The notes beneath the pieces are model-generated. The model had not been told where the DNA came from. It saw only the letters and a list, made by a program, of their open reading frames with translations, and did no database searches. The position numbers and the translations under genes were made by a program. Shown here piece after piece: positions 55,917 to 64,000 of a DNA stretch of 64,000 bases (its first letter is position 1; each line of letters opens with the position of its first letter). The DNA is taken from assembly GCF_009914755.1 (NCBI RefSeq), contig NC_060925.1. The stretch is one strand, 5' to 3'. The stretch is from the human T2T-CHM13v2.0 reference genome, Homo sapiens.

Positions 55917-56748
55917 TGCTATAGACTAAATGTTTATGTACCCCCAAATACATATGTTGACACGTAATTCCCAACATGATGGTATTAGGAGGTGGAGCCT
56001 TTTTTTTTAAATTTTTATTTTATTATTTATTTATTTATTTATTATTATTATTATACTTTAAGTTTTAGGGCACATGTGCACAATGTGCAGGTTAGTTACA
56101 TATGTATACATGTGCCATGCTGGTGTGCTGCACCCATTAACTCATCATTTAGCATTAGGTATATCTTCTAATGCTATCCCTCCCCCCCCTCCCCCCACCC
56201 TACAACAGTCCCAGAGTGTGATGTTCCCCTTCCTGTGTCCATGTGTTCTCATTGTTCAATTCCCATCTATGAGTGAGAACATGCGGTGTTTGGTTTTTTG
56301 TCCTGGCGATAGTTTACTGAGAATGATGATTTCCAATCACAATAGCAAAGACTTGGAACCAACCCAAATGTCCAACAATGATAGACTGGATTAAGAAAAT
56401 GTGGCACATATACACCATGGAATACTATGCAGCCATAAAAATGATGAGTTCATGTCCTTTGTAGGGACATGAATGAAAGAGGTGGAGCCTTTGAGAGGCA
56501 ATTAGGCCACAAGGGTGGAGCCCCATGTGCAGAATTCCTGCCCTTGTAAAAGAGGCCCTAGAGAGCTCCCTCACCCCATCTACCACGTGAGAACACTGAG
56601 AAGACAGCCATCTGTAATGGCCCTTGCCAGACACTGAATCTACTGGCACCTTGATTGTAGATTTCTTAGACTCCAGAACTGTCAGCTGTCATTTATAAAC
56701 CACAGAGTCTATGGTATTTTGTTGGAGCAGCCTAAACAGACTAAAACA
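55917..56748 (+). mobile_element. MLT1A-type MaLR solo LTR interrupted by an L1
   Basis: tgctatagactaaatgtttatgtacccc...; resumes at gaggtggagcctttgagaggcaattagg...cagcctaaacagactaaaaca. Confidence 0.88.
56003..56478 (-). mobile_element. Young L1 (L1PA2/3-like) with 5' inversion (twin priming), 14-bp TSD
   Basis: Antisense 3' end at 56003-56337, inverted segment at 56337-56478; TSD gaggtggagccttt at 55989-56002 and 56479-56492. Confidence 0.95.
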
Positions 56749-57464
56749 CCTACCAACATTCCCTTAAGTGCATTTTAAGTGCCTTAAACATACACTCCTT
56801 TAGATACTCAATCTTCTTGCTTCAGTACCACTCAATACACCAACAGTATTTATTTAGTATAAAGTGTAGGTACCAGACTATAGCACCTTTTTTTTGTGTC
56901 TTCGTACAGAGTTTATATCTACTAGACTGTGACCAAACACCATGGTGCCATAGGTTGTGCTCTTTATCTCAATTATTTATTTATTTTTTTTCAAAAAGGA
57001 AGGAAGAAACAAAGTAAGGAAGGGAGGGAGGGAGGGAGGGAGGGACCCTTTCTCTCCCAAAGGCCACCCTTCCAAATATGCATGTGCACACACATGCACA
57101 TATACTTGATTATATCTCTAAAATTTCTCTCTAATCAAACCATTTCTTGCCACCTTCATTTCTACCTCCCAGTTCAAGCACTGTCTTTCTAATTGGCTTT
57201 TCCTCATTCAATCTTATAATGTTTGACCATCCTACACACAGCAGCCTGATTAAAAAAATAATAAATTATATAATAAGTTTCCTATTAAAAACTTGCTCAC
57301 TGCACTTAAAATTAAATTTGAACTCCTGGTCACTGCATACAAGACCCTATATATTTTCTGGCACCTGATAACTCTCCAGTTTCATCTTGTTCCAGCCTCA
57401 CACTTGCTCACTCTTTTTAGTCATGCTTTCTTAGGGTTCCTTAAATACCTGGAGCAAGTAGGTC

Positions 57465-58017
57465 TGTCACAGATGAGTGAACCAGAGCAACGCCATCTTG
57501 AATAGGAGCTGGGTAAAATAAGGCTGACACCTAGTGGGCTGCACTCCCAGACGGTTAAGGCATTCTAAGTCACAGGATACGCTAGGAGGTCAGCACAAGA
57601 TACAGGTCATAAAGACCTTGCTGATAAAACAGATTGCAGTAAAGAAGCCGGCTAAATCTCACCAAAACCAAGATGGCCACGGGAGTGACCTCTCCTAGTC
57701 CTCACTGCTACACTCCCACCAGTGCCATGACAGTTTACAAATGCCATGGCAATGTCAGGAAGATACCCTACATGGTTTAAAAAGGGGAGGCATGAATAAT
57801 CCACCCCTTGTTTAGCAAATCATCAAGAAATAACCACAAAAATGGCCAATCAACAGTCCCTGGGGCTGCGCTGTCTATGGAGTAGCCATTATTTTATTCC
57901 TTTACTTTCTTAATAAAGTTGCTTTCACTTTACTCTATGAACTCACCTGAATTAGTTCTTGTGCAAGATCCAAGAACTCTCTCTTGGGGTCTGGATTGGG
58001 ACCCCTTTCCTGTAACA
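57465..58017 (+). mobile_element. MER41A solo LTR (ERV1), 553 bp
   Basis: TG...CA ends, perfect 4-bp TSD ggtc (57461-64 and 58018-21), colinear with the 47589-48129 copy. Confidence 0.93.
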
Positions 58018-60619
58018 GGTCCAGCCAAGGCAGTCTACATTATGAACTTGCAATTCACATAGTTATCTGTTTACTTGTTAGTATCTATCTCCTCTTGTTT
58101 TCATATATATATTTATATTGCCTAAATTTGTATGATAAACATTTATTTTCATAGCCAAATTTAGCTTTTAATGATACAAATATTCAGTTATTATTGGTAT
58201 TATAGAAACAAACTGCCACTTGATCATTAGTTTTTACTTGCTTTTAAACTACTTTTATTTATTTGTGCTTCTACCCAACTATCAATATGCTAAGTGTAAC
58301 TGACATTTTCCAAAAAAATAAAATTGTTTTTGACATGTAAAACTGCTAATATATTCCTTAAAGGTTCTTACTAAGGCCCTCTTAATAATTTATACTCATC
58401 CTGAATACACTTTAAATGAGATGACTTGCATCATTTATGTTAAAGAAAAACACCCAACTTTTTTATTTCCTATACACTCAATTATTTGCTTGCTTTTCTT
58501 TATTTTTCTCTGTTCTCTTGACCTCCCTCCTTCCTGTGATCTTCTGCTTGAGTAGTAGAGAGCATATTCAGATGCATTCCCAAAAGATTCAGATTCATGC
58601 AGACAGGGTTTATTGATTTATAAGCTAAAATGAAGAGCATGTGCAATTGGTATTTCTGACTGGCAAAGTTTCAGAGAATGCAAATGACTCTGCACCATCA
58701 TTTCGATGTGCTGATTTTTTTTTTTAAAGAGGCTATGGAGCCCTTAGCTCAGAGAACAACTATCAACATATCTACAGAAAAATGCACATAAATTGAACAA
58801 TCTCTCTACCCTTCTTACAAACATTCTTCCATAACAAACTTCTGAAATAGAACAAGGGAAATGCAGAAGAGTAGTCTTTTATTTATAAAATGGTGCTACA
58901 ATTAAAATACTTACTTGGAAGAATTTCTAACCTGCTCAGTCATTGTAAACTTCTATGAGTCCACTTTCAAACTCTGAGGATCCGCAATCACCACAATATC
59001 TAACAGGTAACTCTAAGGTTTAGTCCCTCCCTTATTTTTATTTGAAGTTTTCCTCCTTAACCTTTTTCTGAAGTGAAAAAAGGAATTCAAGTCAGATAGA
59101 ACCATTTAGTTACAATCCTATGGATTCAGACATGAGCAGAGTGAATATATACATTTATCAGTTTAAAATCAAGCAAATGTATAACTATTATTCAAAGCCA
59201 CCAATGTTTCATAGGAGGAGGCTAACTATGTGTCTTCATTTTTTGAAAACAGATAAAATTTTTCCTTTAAATTCCCTTTCCCTGGGGCCAAGTGTCAACC
59301 ACCAACATATTTACCTATGAATATACATTAACTGAAAAAATTGCTCCCTTCCCAGGAACATTCCTTCTTAACAGTGTCTATAATAAAGAGAGGGGAAAAC
59401 ATCTGAAACCATGCTGAGTTGTGTATTCTTTTGAAGTAGTACTGTTCTGACCACGAAAACACTACATGCTAGCACAGTGCCTGTGTCAAAGAAGGTTCTT
59501 ATTTAGCCAAATATTTTCATTTACATATGAAGCAACTTAAGTCCAGTTGCATATTCTAGCTAAAAGCAAAAGTGGTGTTCTTTCCAAAAAGCACTTTGTT
59601 ACCCACTAACGGTGGAATCTTTGATTGACCAAGAAAAATAAGTTTAGATTAGATTACAGAAAGGTCACAAGTACTTATTTCAGATTTCAATACTTAATGA
59701 ATGCATCACTACTCTTTTCCAAGAAAGCTGGAAAAGAAATCAGACTCAAAATTTTCTAGTGAGAATGATAGCTTTTATAGACAACAGTAAATCCTTTAGA
59801 TTATTGTAGGAATTTCAGAGATTTAGTCTCAAAATCTCTACAACCCTGGGATTATAATATTGGAAATATATATTGTCTCCTTCCTATAAATTAATTGGGA
59901 ATACTAAAAATTTAAGGCATTATCCTATAAGCTTTTGTCATCTACAATTTTTCAATGTAAAATATTTGAAATGTAGGTGAATATTAACTTTAGGAATAGT
60001 ACTGGTATTGCTTTGTCCTTTGATACTTCAATATTTTTCCCCCAACCATCAATCTGAAAACTACTAACTCTCTCCCTGACCTTCCTTCTTTTTTCCCTCA
60101 CTTTATCCTTAGTCTAATTATCTCCCCAAATTTTTAGTTTCCCATCTTTTTTCTACATAAAGAGTTTCTTTAATCAACTTTAAATACCAAAATTATATTA
60201 TGGTTTTCACTTATTCAAATGTAGCATAACAAGCTACTCAAACAAGTCAGCCTTTCCCTTATCCCCACAAAGCTTAGAGTCTAACAGGGAAAAGGAAAAT
60301 GTTAGATATACACTGGCTTCTAATCATATGAAAATAATAATGAAATAGTACCTACATTCTAAAAGTATAATAAAAATATACAACAATAAAAATGTAAACT
60401 GTAGGCTATAAAGAAAAATAAGAATGTTAAAATAATAACAAATTGTGCCAAGAAGTTATAAATCATCTGGTAGGCAGTCCACTGGTAAAATTAAGAGTTA
60501 TACATAGAAATGACACACTGAAATAAAACTTTTATTTCTGCCTCATTTCTCAACTAAAACACCAGTGACACTTAGCACAAAGTTCACATGCACAACTGTT
60601 CAATCACAGTTTATAAAAG

Positions 60620-62236
60620 CACCTGAACATAACACAAAGCCAAAGCAATCCTGGACAAATGGACTAAAGCTGGAGATATCACACTACCTGACTTCAAAAT
60701 ATAATACAAATCTATAGTAGCCAAATCAGCATGGCACTGGCATAAAAACAGACACATAGACCAATGGAACAGATAGAAACTCAGATATAAATCCATGCAT
60801 TTACAGCCAAGTCATTTTTGATAAAGGCGCCAAGAACATACAATGAGGAAAGGGCAATCTCTTCAGTAAATGGTGCTGGGAAAACTGGATACCCATATGC
60901 AGAACTAAAAATCTAGACCCCTATATCTCAGCACATACAAAAATCAAAGCAAACTATATTAAAGACTTAAATCTAAGGCCTCAAACTATGAAACTACTAG
61001 AAGAAAACCTCACAGAAATGCTCCAGGACACTGGTTTGGGAAAAGGTTTTTTGTGTAAGACCTCAAAAGCAAAGGCAACAAAAGCAAAAATAGAACACGA
61101 TTACATTAAACTAAAAAGCTTCTGAAGAGCAAAGGAAACAATCAACAATGTAGAGAATGGGAGAAAATATTTGTGAACATTCATCTGACAGGGAATTAAT
61201 AACTAGAATACAGAAGGTGCTCAAACAACTAAGAAGAAACAAATAATCTAATTTAAAAATGAGCTAAAGATCTGAGTAGACATTTCTCAAAAAAGACATA
61301 TTAGTCGTCAAAAGGTATATGAAAAATTCTCAATATCAATAACCATCAGGGAAATGAAAATCAAAACCACAGTGAGATATCATCTTACCCCATTTAGAAT
61401 GGCTTTTATCAAAAAGACAGAGGATAACAAACACCAGTGAGGGTGTGGAGAAAGGGGAACCCTCATATACTATTGGTGGTAATGCTAATTAGTACAGCCC
61501 CTATGGAAAATAGTATAGAGCCTCATCAAAAAACTAAAAAATACAACTACAGAATGATCCACCAATTCCACTACTGGGTATATAGCCAAAAGAAAGGAAA
61601 TCAATATATTCAATTGATACCTGCACTCCCTTGCTTATTGTAACACTATTCATAATAACCGAAATATGGAAATCAACCTAAGTGTCCATCAATGGATGGG
61701 TGGATAAGAAAATGTGGCATATATACACAATGAAACATCATTCAGCCATACATGCAGCCATAAAAAGGAATGAAATCCTGTCATTTGCAGCAATATGAGT
61801 GGAACTGGAGGTTATTATGTTAAGTAAAATAAGCCAAGCATAGAAAGACAAATATTGCATGTTCTCCCTCCTATGTGAGAGCTAAGAATGTGGAATTCAT
61901 GAAGATAGAGTATATTCATGGTTACCAGAGGCTGGGAAGTGGGGTAGTAGGTAGCAGATGAAGAGATTAATGGGTACAAATATATACTTAGCAGAAAGAA
62001 GATCTGATGTTCAATAGATCAGTAGGGTGACTACAGTTAACATTAATCCATTGCATATTTCAAAATAGCCAGGAAAGCACAATTCAAATGTTCCAAGCAT
62101 AAAGAAAAGATAAATACATAAGGTGGTAGATATCCCAATGAACCCTGATGTGACTATATCAGTGTATCAAATTATTGCAGGTACTCCAAAAGTATGCACT
62201 TCTATTATATATCAATAAAAATAAAAATATAAAAAA
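60620..62236 (+). mobile_element. 5'-truncated L1 (L1MA class)
   Basis: ORF2 3' motifs (cacactacctgacttcaaaatata; tggtgctgggaaaactggata) and L1MA 3' UTR (ggttaccagaggctgggaag...tagggtgactacagttaac...atatcaataaaa). Confidence 0.9.
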
Positions 62237-62421
62237 GGAAATTATCCTAGCTCTCTGTGCTGCCTGCAATGTCCTTTCCTCTCTGACCACCTATGACAGT
62301 CTTTCCCAAGAGTAGAAAAAGAGTAAACATTACTCCTGCATATAAGCCTAACTTCTGACCTCAGCATATACAACAACACACAACACATTTACACATTTCC
62401 CATTTTCAGTCAAGACAATCC

Positions 62422-62730
62422 TTTTTTTTTTTTTTTTTTTTTTTTCCGAGACGATGTCTCGCTCTGTCACACAGGCTGGAGTGCAGTGGCACAATCTCAG
62501 CTCACTGCAGCCTCTGTCTCCCGGGTTCAAAGCAATTGTCCTGTCTCAGCCTCCGAAGTAGCTGGGATTACGGGCATGCACCACTACACCTGGCTGATTT
62601 TTGTGTTTTTAGCAGAGATGGAGTTTCACCATGTTCGCCAGGTTGATATCAAACTCCTGACCTCAAGTGATCCGCCCGTCTCGGCCTCCCAAAGTGCTGG
62701 CATTACAGGCATGAGCCACCACGCCCGGCC
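62422..62730 (-). mobile_element. Alu (AluSx-like), full length
   Basis: poly-T, gagacgatgtctcgctctgtc...gagccaccacgcccggcc. Confidence 0.96.
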
Positions 62731-63651
62731 TCTGTATCTTGAATAATTAAAGTAAGACTTCAGCTTATGAAACAAAACAATTTAACAGCAGTTAGGTCAA
62801 TGTAGTATAAAGGGGACTTTATAAGAAAATTCCACATGTATTAAATCATGGCCTACAAATAAGAATCAGTTTTTATTTTTTAAGAATTTCAAATGTTATG
62901 GCCTATGTTCTCTTAATTTTCCCTTTCTGGCTATCTCAGGAAATAATGAGCACTATAGAAAAGGACGGCTAAGAAAGAATTGTTATACACAGGAACTTAA
63001 TCCTTTTTGACGTTTTGTCCCGAGAGTTGCCTCTGGGTATATATTGTCTTAGACACCACAGTGGTTCATATCACTTTGGACGTATTACTTCTGATCTAGC
63101 ATGACACTACCACAGAGGTCAACTGAAGTTCCACACAGCTACCATAGGGAGAGCAAAACACAGGATTCCATGCAAAGATTGTAGCAAAATATTCTCTGGG
63201 ATTCACAGAACACATATTATGATTAAAGTTCTATTAATTATAAACATAAAACAGAACTGGATATTAAAACAGCATTTTCATACTTGTTATTCAGTTGCAT
63301 TTTCAGGTGCTTCACTGGTGTTGTTAAAAATGTTATGTTCAACAACTTAATCATTAGTACAGTCATGGAAGAGAAATTGCTAACTAATTGCTATTAGTAC
63401 AGCCATACGAGAGGAAATACGACTAGAAAATCTGCAATGTAGGTTTTAGTTTTTATTTTGGCATAGAATTTATATGAGGATGTAAACATTTCAATAAATG
63501 CCATTTTGCCTCAATTTACCTACTGGGCACAATACTTCAATATCTCTTTCTAATGAAAGAAAACCGTACTTCCTTTCAAATTAATGGCCTCAATAAAGTA
63601 CGTTCAACGTGAAACACACAATAATACAATATATAGCTAAAGAATAACAGG

Positions 63652-64000
63652 CCTATGAGTGAGAACATGCGGTGTTTGGTTTTTTGTTCTTGCGATAATT
63701 TGCTGAGAATGATGGTCTCCAGCTTCATCCATGTCCCTACAAAGGACATGAACTCATCATTCCTTATGGCTGCATAGTATTCCACGGTGTATATGTGCCA
63801 CATTTTCTTGATCCAGTCTATCATTGTTGGACATTTGGGTGGGTTTCAAGTCTTTGCTATTGTGAATAGTGCTGCAATAAACATACGTGTGCATGTGTCT
63901 TTATAGCAGCATGATTTATAATCCTTTGGGTATATACCCAGTAATGGGATGGCTGGGTCAAATGGTATTTCTAGTTCTAGATCCCTGAGGAATCGCCACA
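63652..64000 (-). mobile_element. Young L1PA segment lacking 3' UTR and poly-A; runs off the window
   Basis: Begins abruptly at cctatgagtgagaacatgcgg and continues as antisense ORF2 C-terminus. Confidence 0.93.

Noticed and set aside
47589-58017. Full-length MER41 provirus (LTR - 9.3 kb - LTR)
   Set aside because: Each LTR has its own TSD, the interior holds a VAV3 exon and older L2/MLT1A repeats, and no PBS, gag or pol remnants were seen.

Overview
Primate (most likely human) genomic DNA lying entirely inside the VAV3 gene (Vav guanine nucleotide exchange factor 3), transcribed from the minus strand. Six coding exons were reconstructed by hand: 48273-48137, 23154-23089, 15485-15451, 8680-8564, 8001-7914 and 1858-1729. 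All have AG/GT boundaries and join into one 573-nt open frame encoding the N-terminal SH3 domain, the SH2 domain and the linker to the C-terminal SH3 (probably exons 20-25 of 27; numbering from memory). The rest is AT-rich intron filled with Alu, L1 of several ages, L2, MIR, MaLR and MER41A LTRs, Tigger/hAT/mariner MITEs and microsatellites. Apart from the exon-20 frame (48005-48292), the supplied ORFs are repeat-derived or chance. I see no evidence for a new gene or new biological system. The most interesting observations are structural: (1) a MER41A LTR inserted 7 nt from a weak splice donor, giving an in-frame 43-aa read-through whose stop codon overlaps an AATAAA; (2) two direct MER41A copies bracketing that exon; (3) an inverted L1 pair sharing private variants (probable gene conversion); (4) a candidate poison exon; (5) several local templated duplications and twin-primed L1s. 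Repeat subfamily names come from recalled consensus sequences, and boundaries of old repeats are approximate.
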